From positions 2,445 through 66,444 of the forward strand of contig JADFJJ010000003.1 of assembly GCA_022566215.1 (NCBI GenBank): 64,000 nucleotides of DNA, given 5' to 3'. The notes under the pieces were generated by a model. That model was given only the letters and a program-made list of their open reading frames with translations, did not search any database and had not been told where the DNA came from. The first letter of the stretch is position 1; each line of letters opens with the position of its first letter. The position numbers and the translations under genes are program-made. This DNA comes from Pseudomonadota bacterium (GTDB lineage Bacteria; Pseudomonadota; Alphaproteobacteria; Sphingomonadales; SMXR01). This document shows, piece after piece, positions 1 to 8,735 of the stretch.

Positions 1-127
1 TGCCGGCGCCGTTGGCGCCGATCACGCCGACAATGCGGCCCAGCGGAATTTCAAAGCTGATGCCGTCAAGCGCCCGGAACTTCCCGTAGGATTTCCCTAA
101 ATTTCTTGCCTCGATAACGGTTGTCAT
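1..127 (-). CDS. ABC transporter ATP-binding protein, N-terminal fragment (continues beyond window start)
   Basis: Minus-strand translation from the ATG at 125-127 reads MTTVIEARNLGKSYGKFRALDGISFEIPLGRIVGVIGANGAG. This is an ABC ATPase N-terminus up to Walker A. It starts 14 nt after the GntR gene stop (YtrA/YtrB-type pairing). Confidence 0.8.
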   Translation of the reverse strand, partial: MTTVIEARNLGKSYGKFRALDGISFEIPLGRIVGVIGANGAG

Positions 128-141
128 TGGTTACTCCCGTC

Positions 142-501
142 CTATTTCTTTTTTAAATTTTTGATGAGATCCTTAACGTCAAGACCAAGCGCCTGAACGC
201 GGGCCTGAATTTCCGGCCATTCTTCTTCCAGGAACTTCTTCTTCTCTAACGTTAAGAGTTTGCTGCGCGCGCCCTTCAGGACATACATGCCAAGACCGCG
301 TTTCTTTTCGACCAGGTGCTCATCGACCAGCTCCTGATAGGCCCTGGAGGCGGTCAGCGGGTTGATCTGCAGATCAACCGCGACGTTGCGCACCGAAGGA
401 AGCGGCTCGCCCTCTTTTATTGATCCTTTTATGATCTGGGCGGCCACCTTGTCCCTCAGCTGCCGGTAGATGGGCTGGTCTTCTTTCCATTCTAATGTCA
501 T
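142..501 (-). CDS. GntR-family transcriptional regulator (short YtrA-like type)
   Basis: ORF 142..537, with the likely start MTLEWK at 501. Winged-helix signature PLPSVRNVAVDLQINPLTASRAYQELVDEHLVEKKRGLGMYV. Confidence 0.8.
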   Translation of the reverse strand: MTLEWKEDQPIYRQLRDKVAAQIIKGSIKEGEPLPSVRNVAVDLQINPLTASRAYQELVDEHLVEKKRGLGMYVLKGARSKLLTLEKKKFLEEEWPEIQARVQALGLDVKDLIKNLKKK

Positions 502-769
502 TGCTTCTTCACCACTTTTCTTATCGTTGCCTCTCAAGCTTTAGTGGTTTCAATCCTGGCGCCTTAAGCCGCCAGAGCCGTTACCGAACTGTAGTAATAA
601 ACACGGGTTCTTGAATTGCGGCGGGCATAACGGCGCGAACGCCTCAAGACCCTTTCGGTCGCTTTGCTGTTTGAATTCCCGGTGATCATGTTTATTCTCC
701 TCTTTGGTTGCTGTCGTGTCTTGTTCTTTTACCAAATCTTTTCAGAGCATTTTACTGTTTTAATGTCTT

Positions 770-793
770 GGTGTACTACTCATGTAATACACC
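770..793. promoter_or_regulatory. Imperfect inverted repeat GGTGTACTA-N6-TAATACACC, candidate GntR-type operator
   Basis: 9-bp arms with one mismatch and a GT..AC core as in GntR-family operators. It lies about 270 bp upstream of the regulator start, so the assignment is weak. Confidence 0.25.
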
Positions 794-833
794 CAATCAG
801 TAAGGTCAAGGGCAAAAGGTCATTTTTTTGTAG

Positions 834-864
834 AAAAAACCAAAAACCCCGCAAAACTGCGGGG
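834..864 (-). terminator. Rho-independent terminator downstream of hemN
   Basis: 7-bp GC stem CCCCGCA/TGCGGGG (847-864) with a 4-nt loop, followed on the minus strand by TTTTTGGTTTTTT. Confidence 0.75.
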
Positions 865-897
865 TTTAGGGGGGAAATTTTAAATATTTTTTTAAAT

Positions 898-2247
898 CTA
901 CACCACTTTGGAATGGCGGGAGGTGTTGTCCTGCAGGTGCTGGTCAAAGATGGCGGCGATTGAGCGGACATAGGGACGCCCCTTCCTGGTCACTTCAAAG
1001 GTTGCGCCGCGGTGTTTGACAAGGCCATCGTCCTCTAACTCCTTAAGGGCAAAAATCTCCGGCGAAAAACTGTCGGGCGGGATCTCCAGCTTTTGGCAAA
1101 CTTTTTTCAGGTCGACCCTCATCTGGCACATCAATTGCTCGATCACGGCCCAGTGCCAGTGGTCTTCGCGGGTAACATGGACGCCTCTCGCGGTGGCCAG
1201 GTCACCGTTGTCAATGGTGTTGGCATAGTCTTTCATCGAAGTGGTGTTCTGGACAAATCCTCTGGGCAGCCGGCTGATCGAAGAGGCCCCCAAAGCGATC
1301 AATGTGGTGGCGTCATCGGTGGTGTAACCCTGGAAATTACGGTGCAGTGTGCCCGCCAGATAGGCCCTGGTCAGGGGATCGCCGGGCTTGGCATAATGAT
1401 CGAGCCCGATCTGGATATAACCGTGCTCCACTAGCCGCTTTGAGAGCGCATCGGCCATTTTCAGGCGCGCCCCGGAGGTTGGCAGGTCTTGCTCATTGAT
1501 CATTTTCTGGTGGGATTTCATCCACGGCACGTGGGCATAGCCAAATACCGCCAGGCGGTCGGGCCACAATTCCACCGCCCGATCGACATTGCGGATCACA
1601 TCCTCCAGGGTTTGCTTCGGCAGCCCGTACATCAGATCAAAATTAATACCCCCGATGCCGGCGCCGCGCAGCCAGCCGACGATGTCGCGGGTCATCTCAA
1701 ACGGCTGGATCCGGTTGATCGCCTTTTGCACATGGGGGTTAAAGTCCTGGACGCCCAGACTGACCCGGTTGATCCCGGCCTTGATATAGCTCTCGGCCTT
1801 TTCCCGGGTCATCGAACGGGGATCCACTTCCATGGCGTTCTCGACCGTCCCGGAGATTTTAAAATTCTTATTTATCGCCACCATCAGGCCCCTGAAGTCC
1901 TCAGCTGAGAGCATATTGGGCGAGCCCCCGCCCCAATGGATGAACGAGACTTTGGGGCGCACTTTCAGGCGCCTGGAGACCAGCTCCATTTCCTTCTTCA
2001 AGAGATCAACATAACGGGCGATCGGAGAATACTTGGCAGTGATGTTGGTATGGCAGGCGCAGTACCAGCACAGTTTGTGGCAATAGGGGATGTGCAGGTA
2101 AAGCGAGACCGGCTCAGCACCATCGATTTCCCCCAGCCAGGCGGCATAATGATCCGCGCTAACCCAGTCGCCAAACTGGGCGGCGGTAGGATAGCTAGTG
2201 TAGCGCGGAACGTTGCCGCCGTATTTTGCAAGCAAATCCTGGTTCAT
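898..2247 (-). CDS. hemN: Oxygen-independent coproporphyrinogen III oxidase (radical SAM)
   Basis: N-terminal PRYTSYPTA motif, radical-SAM cluster YCHKLCWYCAC, HemN-typical length. Start taken at MNQDLL (ATG 2247). The ORF extends to a TTG at 2277. Confidence 0.9.
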   Translation of the reverse strand: MNQDLLAKYGGNVPRYTSYPTAAQFGDWVSADHYAAWLGEIDGAEPVSLYLHIPYCHKLCWYCACHTNITAKYSPIARYVDLLKKEMELVSRRLKVRPKVSFIHWGGGSPNMLSAEDFRGLMVAINKNFKISGTVENAMEVDPRSMTREKAESYIKAGINRVSLGVQDFNPHVQKAINRIQPFEMTRDIVGWLRGAGIGGINFDLMYGLPKQTLEDVIRNVDRAVELWPDRLAVFGYAHVPWMKSHQKMINEQDLPTSGARLKMADALSKRLVEHGYIQIGLDHYAKPGDPLTRAYLAGTLHRNFQGYTTDDATTLIALGASSISRLPRGFVQNTTSMKDYANTIDNGDLATARGVHVTREDHWHWAVIEQLMCQMRVDLKKVCQKLEIPPDSFSPEIFALKELEDDGLVKHRGATFEVTRKGRPYVRSIAAIFDQHLQDNTSRHSKVV

Positions 2248-2282
2248 ATGGGAAATCCTAGAACTTTCCCGGCTCAATAACT

Positions 2283-2296
2283 TTGACTTCGATCAA
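2283..2296. promoter_or_regulatory. FNR/FnrL/FixK-type box TTGAC-TTCG-ATCAA upstream of hemN
   Basis: One mismatch to TTGAT-N4-ATCAA, centred about 42 nt upstream of the hemN ATG. hemN is a classical FNR-family target. Confidence 0.55.
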
Positions 2297-2320
2297 AAAC
2301 CGGGAATTTTTTTGACCCGG
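2294..2320 (-). terminator. Weak hairpin plus T-run after the cytochrome c genes
   Basis: CCGGG/CCCGG 5-bp stem (2300-2320) with an 11-nt loop, followed on the minus strand by TTTTTGATC. The short stem makes this tentative. Confidence 0.35.
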
Positions 2321-2370
2321 GTTTTAGTTACTTCCTCCCCCTTTAAGCTGAACTTAAAAGAAGCCTCCCA

Positions 2371-2754
2371 TCACTTCTTCCCGAATTCCTCCCTGAGAAA
2401 GGACACGACATCCAGCGCATCCTGCTCAGTCAAATCCGGGTTGCCGCCCCTGGCCGGCATCTCCATAAAGGATCCCGGACTTTGGAAACCGTGCAGAATG
2501 TTTTGAACCAATTCACCGTCTGATTTGCTAAGAGGGCTCTTTTTCTTGGTAAAATTCGGAACCCCCGGGATCGTCCCCTTGCCGTTTTCCCCATGACAAG
2601 CCACACAGGTTGTCTCATAGACAGCAACGCCGTTAGCGAACTGCGGGGTGTGGCTGGCCAAGACATAGCTGGCCGGGCCAAGGGCAAGAGCGCCAACAAC
2701 TCCAGCAATACCAAGAACCTTTAATTCTTTGGAAATAAACATATTTTTCTCCAT
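2371..2754 (-). CDS. Class I monohaem c-type cytochrome, exported
   Basis: Hydrophobic N-terminus, a single CVACH haem-binding motif, and a distal Met context MEMPARGGNP. Confidence 0.8.
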   Translation of the reverse strand: MEKNMFISKELKVLGIAGVVGALALGPASYVLASHTPQFANGVAVYETTCVACHGENGKGTIPGVPNFTKKKSPLSKSDGELVQNILHGFQSPGSFMEMPARGGNPDLTEQDALDVVSFLREEFGKK

Positions 2755-2762
2755 TTATTTTG

Positions 2763-3056
2763 CTACTTTTTTTTGTTGCTGGCCATCAGGAAGGCCTGAA
2801 TATCGCGGATCACGTCGCCTGGGATATTGCCCCGGACCCGCATATGAGCAACTGCGACATACCAGTCCTCGTCGTTAAACTCAGCCGGCGCCCGCACATT
2901 GTGGCAACGCCCGCATTGGTCCGCCCAGGCTTTGGCGCCTCTTGCGATCTGGGCCGGATCTGTCTGGTCTGGCGCTGCTTGGGCATAGGCCAGCCCGGGT
3001 CCGGCAATCATCCCTGAAAGCGCCGCTGTCAAAATCAGATTTTTTAGAGTGTTCAT
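2763..3056 (-). CDS. Small monohaem c-type cytochrome, exported
   Basis: Signal peptide ending GLAYA-QA and a single CGRCH motif. 97 aa, 8 nt upstream of the next cytochrome gene. Confidence 0.7.
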   Translation of the reverse strand: MNTLKNLILTAALSGMIAGPGLAYAQAAPDQTDPAQIARGAKAWADQCGRCHNVRAPAEFNDEDWYVAVAHMRVRGNIPGDVIRDIQAFLMASNKKK

Positions 3057-3083
3057 GGTCTTGTCCTTTTCTTGTCTATTAGA

Positions 3084-4451
3084 TTAAAATCCGTAGGCGG
3101 CCTGCAGCAGGATGATTTTTTCAACCAGCCCTTCTTCCAGGAACTTCCGCCGTTCATAACCAATCCGGGCGACAAGCGAAGGCGCTATCCAGTAGTTCAG
3201 CCCAATGTTCAGCCTTGTCTGGGCGTTCGCTTCCTCCAGGTGGTGATTGCCAGAGATGTTGAACTTGCCGTAGCGCACCACCGGCTCAAATTTATGCAGG
3301 AAAGATGAATTGCCAATTTCTGACAAACGGTAGGCCAGCTGCACATACCAGGCCGTCAAAGTCATTTCAGGCAACAGGGCGACTTCCCCTTCCTCTTCAT
3401 CAAAACTGTAGATAGGATCACGGACCGATTTCAGATATTCGAACCGGAAGTCCCAGGGGCCTCTGGTGTAGGCCGCATCCGCCCCCCAAAGCTTGACGGT
3501 GGCGGTGGATGGTTCGAACTCGAAACTATCAAGGCTGATCGATTCAGGATGCGCGTCCCCTTCTTCTTCCCCGTGAAGGCCATCAATCTTGCCCTTGAGA
3601 AACGAAAAACCAAGTTCCAGATAGGGAACCGGAAGGAAACCGATCCGGCCTCCGAAGGCCTTGTTCTGGTTGTCATCCTTGCCAAAGCCTTCAAAGGAAA
3701 TATTGCCTTCATGACCCATGCGGGGGCCGTTTCCGACCATCAATGAATAGGTAAACATGCTCCGTTTCCCAACCGGAACCCCGCCTCTTACCATAATACC
3801 GACATCTCCTCCCGGCTGGACCCCGTCATGGCCGAAGCCGGCCGGGGCGTATCCGATCTTGTTGATCCAGGTGGGATGGAGGCGTTCCTTGAACTGGCCG
3901 ATCGGGCTTAAAAATTTGCCGACCACCAGCGTGATATTGTCATGGAGGAAAAAATCAAGCTGCGCGTATTCCAGAGCAACCTCGGTATTTCCATCTTCGT
4001 CAATTTCAAATTCCAGCTCCCCTTCAAACATCACGATATCCTTGTACTGGAAAAGGAAAACCGGGTTGAAATGGCCGAACGCAAAGGTATCATCGCCACC
4101 GTTGGTCCGGAACATCGCCCCGGCGTCGGCATAGCCCGCCAAATGCCACTTGGTGTCGGGCAATGGCGCAACCGCGCTGGCCGTGTTTACCGCATTTTCC
4201 GCGGTACGGGCCGCTGCCTCGGCCTTGATCTCGGCGGCCTCGGCGCGCTCTTCAGCTTGCTCGCTCCTGGCGGTATTGGTGGCCAGCGATTCTCTGAAAT
4301 ATTGCAGTTCCTGTTCCAGTGTCTCGATACGATCAAGAAGCTCCTGGTTGGTCGGCTCTTGCGCCCGGACGCTGTTGATGCTCAAGAAAAAAGCGAGAGC
4401 GATAAATGTCAGAGTGCTTAGAAATATTCGATTTGGTTTTAATCCCATCAT
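3084..4451 (-). CDS. Outer-membrane beta-barrel porin with N-terminal coiled coil (OprO/P-like architecture)
   Basis: Signal peptide (start taken at MMGLKPNRIF, 4451), then an E/A-rich coiled coil, then alternating beta-strand-like segments. The C-terminal ...AAYGF ends in the aromatic residue typical of OMPs. No Cys. Confidence 0.65.
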   Translation of the reverse strand: MMGLKPNRIFLSTLTFIALAFFLSINSVRAQEPTNQELLDRIETLEQELQYFRESLATNTARSEQAEERAEAAEIKAEAAARTAENAVNTASAVAPLPDTKWHLAGYADAGAMFRTNGGDDTFAFGHFNPVFLFQYKDIVMFEGELEFEIDEDGNTEVALEYAQLDFFLHDNITLVVGKFLSPIGQFKERLHPTWINKIGYAPAGFGHDGVQPGGDVGIMVRGGVPVGKRSMFTYSLMVGNGPRMGHEGNISFEGFGKDDNQNKAFGGRIGFLPVPYLELGFSFLKGKIDGLHGEEEGDAHPESISLDSFEFEPSTATVKLWGADAAYTRGPWDFRFEYLKSVRDPIYSFDEEEGEVALLPEMTLTAWYVQLAYRLSEIGNSSFLHKFEPVVRYGKFNISGNHHLEEANAQTRLNIGLNYWIAPSLVARIGYERRKFLEEGLVEKIILLQAAYGF

Positions 4452-4524
4452 GGAATTACCCTTTCCTGGCCTGATGAGTTGAAGGACTGTGCCCCCCATA
4501 TAAACCAAAGCCTTTTTGTTTTAT

Positions 4525-4538
4525 TTGATTTAAATCAA
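4525..4538. promoter_or_regulatory. Perfect FNR-type box TTGAT-TTAA-ATCAA upstream of the porin/cytochrome operon
   Basis: Exact match to TTGAT-N4-ATCAA, centred about 80 nt upstream of the porin ATG, at the edge of a strongly AT-rich tract (4509-4660). Confidence 0.6.
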
Positions 4539-5027
4539 TTTCTATTAGATAAATTATAATTAAATTTGTCGTTCGTGGTTTATTATTTGTTCGTTCTGAT
4601 TTATTATATTTGTTTTTAATTATTTTTTATAATTTTATTACCTAAGAGTGGAGGGTGCTATGGTATTTATGCTCTCGTGTTAAATATATAACGAAAAATC
4701 GCGGAAAACTGGCAATAATTCTCTGGATTCTTGATTTATATCAACTTTATTTAGAAAATAACAATTTAATTCCTTGGACAATTTGCTTGCCTTGGGGTTT
4801 GGGAAGGAAAGACCAGGTGCTTACCTTTGCAGGGATGACGTCCGGGTGTGCTTTCTAATACCCACTCTCATTTTTTGGAAAGCAACGGGGTTAAGATGAT
4901 CTTTTCAATTGTGTAGGGTGAATATGCCTGGATCGGTTTTCGATTGCTGTCTGGTGTTTTTCCCGGAATATCTGATTCCTGCGAGCCCCAGTCCTCAATA
5001 TCAAATTTGCTTGCCCTTCGCCCTGGT

Positions 5028-5149
5028 AAGGCTTAAATTCCGCCCAATTGATTTATACAGTGAAATGCCGGATTAGCTCAGCTGGTAGAGCAGCCGCCTT
5101 GTAAGCGGCAGGTCGTCTGTTCGAGTCAGACATCCGGCACCATTTTTTT
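5028..5149 (+). repeat. 122-bp direct repeat, copy 1 (39-bp flank + tRNA-Thr + T-run)
   Basis: Identical in length to 8858-8979 and differs at only 7 positions, all inside the tRNA T-arm. Confidence 0.95.
5067..5142 (+). tRNA. tRNA-Thr (anticodon UGU)
   Basis: Fold: GCCGGAT-TA-GCTC-AGCTGGTA-GAGC-A-GCCGC-CTTGTAA-GCGGC-AGGTC-GTCTG-TTCGAGT-CAGAC-ATCCGGC-ACCA. All four arms pair, the T-loop is canonical, and CCA is encoded. Confidence 0.95.
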
Positions 5150-6194
5150 AAGCAGCTTTTTCCTGTTTCCCGGAAATATTAATTTTAATACCCATGGCAT
5201 CGCCAATCCGCCTCAGGTCCTCCATCAATCGGCCGAAAGTCTCAATGCTGATGGTTTGCCGGGAATCCGAGACAGAGGCATCGGGGTCCGTATGTGTCTC
5301 GATCATAACGGCGTCCGCGCCAACCGCTAATGCGGCTTTTGACATCGGGGCTATCAGGTGACGCAACCCGGTCCCGTGACTGGGATCAACCAGAATCGGC
5401 AGATGGGTTAATTCACGCAAAACCGGGACAGCGGCAAGATCCAGTGTGTTGCGGGTATGGGTTTCAAATGTTCGAATACCGCGCTCGCAAAGGATCACAT
5501 TAGCGTTGCCAAAGCTTAGAATATATTCAGCCGCCATCAAAAGCTCAGTATAAGTGGCGGCCCAGCCGCGCTTCAAAAGAACCGGTGTTGTGGAAGTGCC
5601 TGCTTCCTTCAGAAGGGCAAAGTTTTGCATGTTGCGGGCGCCAATTTGCAGAATATCCATATAATCCGCAACCAGCGGAACATCTTCGACTGTCATTACT
5701 TCCCCCACGGCCAGCAACCCATGAGTATCCGCGGCGTTTCGCATGTACTTGAGGCCCTGTTCGCCCAAACCCTGAAAAGCATAAGGGGAAGTCCGGGGTT
5801 TAAAGGCCCCGCCGCGCAACACACTCGCCCCGGACTTTGCCACGGCCTCGGCAATTTCGTGAATCTGAGTTTCAGACTCGATCGCGCATGGACCCGCAAA
5901 AACAGTAAGTGAACCATCTCCAATCTTAACGTTTCCAAGGTCTATAACCGTTTGTTCCTGGCGGAAATCCTTACTGGTGAGTTTGAATTTGTCAGGAAAA
6001 GGCGTCACCTTTTCTACCAGTGGAAGATGGGAAAATAATTCAGCCCTAGTGAAATTATCCACACCACGGACCAGCGCCAGGCTCGTTCCAACCCCATCTT
6101 TTCCAAGTGACACCTGAAAGCCCATGGTTTCCAATTTATCAATCAGCAAATGTATGTCCGCACTTGAGGCATTTTTATCCAAATTCAAAATCAT
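5148..6194 (-). CDS. 3-deoxy-7-phosphoheptulonate (DAHP) synthase, type I-beta with N-terminal ferredoxin-like regulatory domain
   Basis: Motifs GPCAIES, KPRTSPY, IGARNMQN, LLKRG, CERGIRTF and DPSHGTG, preceded by an approximately 90-aa extra domain. Confidence 0.9.
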   Translation of the reverse strand: MILNLDKNASSADIHLLIDKLETMGFQVSLGKDGVGTSLALVRGVDNFTRAELFSHLPLVEKVTPFPDKFKLTSKDFRQEQTVIDLGNVKIGDGSLTVFAGPCAIESETQIHEIAEAVAKSGASVLRGGAFKPRTSPYAFQGLGEQGLKYMRNAADTHGLLAVGEVMTVEDVPLVADYMDILQIGARNMQNFALLKEAGTSTTPVLLKRGWAATYTELLMAAEYILSFGNANVILCERGIRTFETHTRNTLDLAAVPVLRELTHLPILVDPSHGTGLRHLIAPMSKAALAVGADAVMIETHTDPDASVSDSRQTISIETFGRLMEDLRRIGDAMGIKINISGKQEKAA

Positions 6195-6209
6195 GTCATT
6201 TTTTCCTGT

Positions 6210-6845
6210 TTAGTAGGATGTGAGCGGGGCACTAGCAAACCCCCGGTAGGGCTGAAATGTACACCCGGTTGCAAAGCCGTCACATTGATCCAGATAGTTT
6301 TTGAACAACCTCTCGCCGGCCGGGGTCAGCACAGATTCCGGATGGAATTGAATCCCGTAAGTCTGGTGCTCACAGTGACGTATACCCATCAGCACACCAT
6401 CGAAGCTTTCAGCCTCAATAATCAGTTCCTTCGGCAAACTTTCCCGGTCGACGATCAATGAATGGTAGCGCGCCCCCTCAAAAGGCAATGGCATATTGAG
6501 GTAAAGGCCGGTCCGGGTATGAAAAATGATGGTTTTCTTGCCATGTACCACTTGGTCCGCCGGGATAACCTTGCCGCCAAAAGCGAGTGAAATGGCCTGA
6601 TGTCCCAGGCAAATCCCTAAAATGGGGATTTTCCCCGAAAAAGTGCGAACCACATCCAAACAAATCCCCGCATTTTCCGGCCGCCCGGGTCCGGGAGAGA
6701 GAACAATGCCCAATGGCTGCATCTGCTCAATTTCAGCCAGTGAAATTTTGTCGTTTCGTATAACCTTTACAGCAACCCCAAGTTTGGCGATGCCCTGGAA
6801 GATGTTGTATGTGAAACTGTCGTAGTTATCGATCAGTATAATCAT
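6210..6845 (-). CDS. trpG: Anthranilate synthase component II / aminodeoxychorismate synthase glutamine amidotransferase
   Basis: Class I GATase: ILGICLGHQ (catalytic Cys) and GIQFHPES (His/Glu). Overlaps the trpE stop by 4 nt. Confidence 0.9.
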   Translation of the reverse strand: MIILIDNYDSFTYNIFQGIAKLGVAVKVIRNDKISLAEIEQMQPLGIVLSPGPGRPENAGICLDVVRTFSGKIPILGICLGHQAISLAFGGKVIPADQVVHGKKTIIFHTRTGLYLNMPLPFEGARYHSLIVDRESLPKELIIEAESFDGVLMGIRHCEHQTYGIQFHPESVLTPAGERLFKNYLDQCDGFATGCTFQPYRGFASAPLTSY

Positions 6846-8332
6846 GCCAGTCCCCCTTCAGCCAACGCAATCGCCTCAATGACCGAACGCGCTTTGTGAC
6901 GCGTTTCGTCGGCCTCACACTGGGGGTCGGAATCGGCGACGATGCCGGCGCCCGCGCGTACGCTGGCGATACCGTCAGCAAAAACTGAGGTTCGAATGAT
7001 GATGCAGCTGTTCAGGTTGCCATTAATGTCAATGGCGCAAACCGCCCCTCCATAGACATTGCGCCGCGCCGTTTCCAATTCATCAATAATTTCCATGGCG
7101 CGAATTTTTGGAGCGCCGCTGAGTGTACCCGCCGGAAAAGTGTGCCTAAGGGCGTCAAAAGCATCACGGCCCTGTTCCAATGAGCCTGTAACGGTGGACG
7201 AGATATGCATAACATGGGAAAAGCGCTTAATCTTCATCAGTTCATTTACCTTGACGCTGCCTGGCTTTGAAATAACCCCCAGATCATTTCTGGCAAGATC
7301 AACCAGCATCATGTGCTCGGCGCGTTCCTTGTGGTCATTAAAGAGCTCCGTTTCCAGCGCAAGGTCATGGCCGCCCTCGCCGCGCGGACGGGTGCCGGCA
7401 AGCGGGCAGCTTTCCAGGACACCGGCCTCCAAACTCACCAGCTTTTCAGGCGAAGCGCCAATAATAACCTGATCACCCAGATCCAGATAGAACATGAACG
7501 GTGACGGGCTGATCAGGCTTAACGCCCGGTAAACATCAAAGGGTTCGGCTGTGAACGGAACTTCAAAGGTGCGTGACAACACCACCTGAAAAACATCTCC
7601 GGCGCGGATATAGCGCTTGGCCTTATCGACAATTTCCTTGAACGCCTGATCGTCCATCGTTTCCTGAATGTCCAGTTTAACGGCCTGGTTGCTGATCCTG
7701 TCATTTCCGTTTCGGGCAGGCGTATCCATCAGGGAGCCTACAATGGCATCGATCCGCGTCATGGCGTCATTATAAGATTTGTCATGGTTGCCGCCGGCTT
7801 GCACCAGGGTAGAGACCACCGCTTTCCCGGTCTGGTGGTCAAAAGCAACGGTATCCTGGTAACTGCGGAACACGATCTCCGCCGGGCTGTCTTTTTGGAG
7901 ATGGCGGTCGGGGATATTTTCGAACAGCCGGACACTGTCATACCCCATATACCCGATTAAGCCGCCGGTATACCTGGACAGAAAATGTGAAGATACCGGA
8001 GCCCTGTCCGTCTGCAGCTTGCGTAACAGATCAAAAGGGACGCCTTCCACAGTCCGGGTTTCGCCCCTTTCGTTTATGGTCAACTTGCGATTCTCGGCCC
8101 TGACCTCAAAAACAGGGTTGAAATGCAAAAAGCTGTAGCGGCCCAGATGGCCGACCAGACCGGATTCGAGGAGGGCCGCCCCTTTGGCCTGGCCGCCCAA
8201 GGAGCGGAACGCCCCGGTTGGGGTAATACGGTCACCTGGAATTTCACGGTAAACCACAACCGCCCGGTTATCGCCGGCAAGTTTTTCATATTCCTTTTGG
8301 GATAAAAAATTAAGCATCACTTTTTCCACCAA
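6842..8332 (-). CDS. trpE: Anthranilate synthase component I
   Basis: Chorismate-binding family motifs: LLES near the N-terminus, PLAGTRPRG, GTLSGAPK, GGAVCAID...IIRT. Start could also be MLNFLS at 8317. Confidence 0.9.
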   Translation of the reverse strand: MVEKVMLNFLSQKEYEKLAGDNRAVVVYREIPGDRITPTGAFRSLGGQAKGAALLESGLVGHLGRYSFLHFNPVFEVRAENRKLTINERGETRTVEGVPFDLLRKLQTDRAPVSSHFLSRYTGGLIGYMGYDSVRLFENIPDRHLQKDSPAEIVFRSYQDTVAFDHQTGKAVVSTLVQAGGNHDKSYNDAMTRIDAIVGSLMDTPARNGNDRISNQAVKLDIQETMDDQAFKEIVDKAKRYIRAGDVFQVVLSRTFEVPFTAEPFDVYRALSLISPSPFMFYLDLGDQVIIGASPEKLVSLEAGVLESCPLAGTRPRGEGGHDLALETELFNDHKERAEHMMLVDLARNDLGVISKPGSVKVNELMKIKRFSHVMHISSTVTGSLEQGRDAFDALRHTFPAGTLSGAPKIRAMEIIDELETARRNVYGGAVCAIDINGNLNSCIIIRTSVFADGIASVRAGAGIVADSDPQCEADETRHKARSVIEAIALAEGGLA

Positions 8333-8368
8333 TGCCCTGAAGGTCCAGCGGAGGTGGATAAAAGTTTG

Positions 8369-8656
8369 TTAATCCATTGCCTCCTGAAGAAAAGCACGGA
8401 GCTCTTCGCTGATGGTTTTCAGACTGTTTGACCCCCGCGTTATTTTTGAAATACTCACTTCAAAATCTCGCGACATGTCTCTTTGGTTTTTCTCTCCTTC
8501 CAGCAAGCCCTTTATAATCAAATACCGTTTGGCAAGGGCCTCCCGTTCTTCAAATGTCAGAAAAAGGTCGAAATATTCACTCAGTCTTTCAGGGTTTTTA
8601 ACCCTGCCTGTTAACGCCAGAAAGCGCCGCCAATCGTCTTCCTTTTTCTCGGTCAT
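8369..8656 (-). CDS. YerC/YecD-like (TrpR-fold) DNA-binding protein
   Basis: 95 aa. FLTFEEREALAKRYLIIKGLL...QRDMSRDFEVSISKITRGSNSLK matches the Trp-repressor-like YerC family pattern. Confidence 0.75.
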   Translation of the reverse strand: MTEKKEDDWRRFLALTGRVKNPERLSEYFDLFLTFEEREALAKRYLIIKGLLEGEKNQRDMSRDFEVSISKITRGSNSLKTISEELRAFLQEAMD

Positions 8657-8735
8657 GTTACCCTCCCAAGGGTCTGCCAGCCTGCCATGCCCTCACCATA
8701 CACTCATTTGAAGGGTCTCACCGGCTTAATGCTAC

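Noticed and set aside
550-735. 61-aa minus-strand ORF between hemN and the GntR gene
   Set aside because: It would explain the long leader upstream of the GntR operon, but the sequence has no motif, signal peptide or obvious RBS. The support is insufficient.
4655-4858. 67-aa plus-strand ORF in the AT-rich region upstream of the tRNA
   Set aside because: It has no ribosome-binding site and odd composition, and it sits in a regulatory or AT-rich tract. It is unlikely to be coding.
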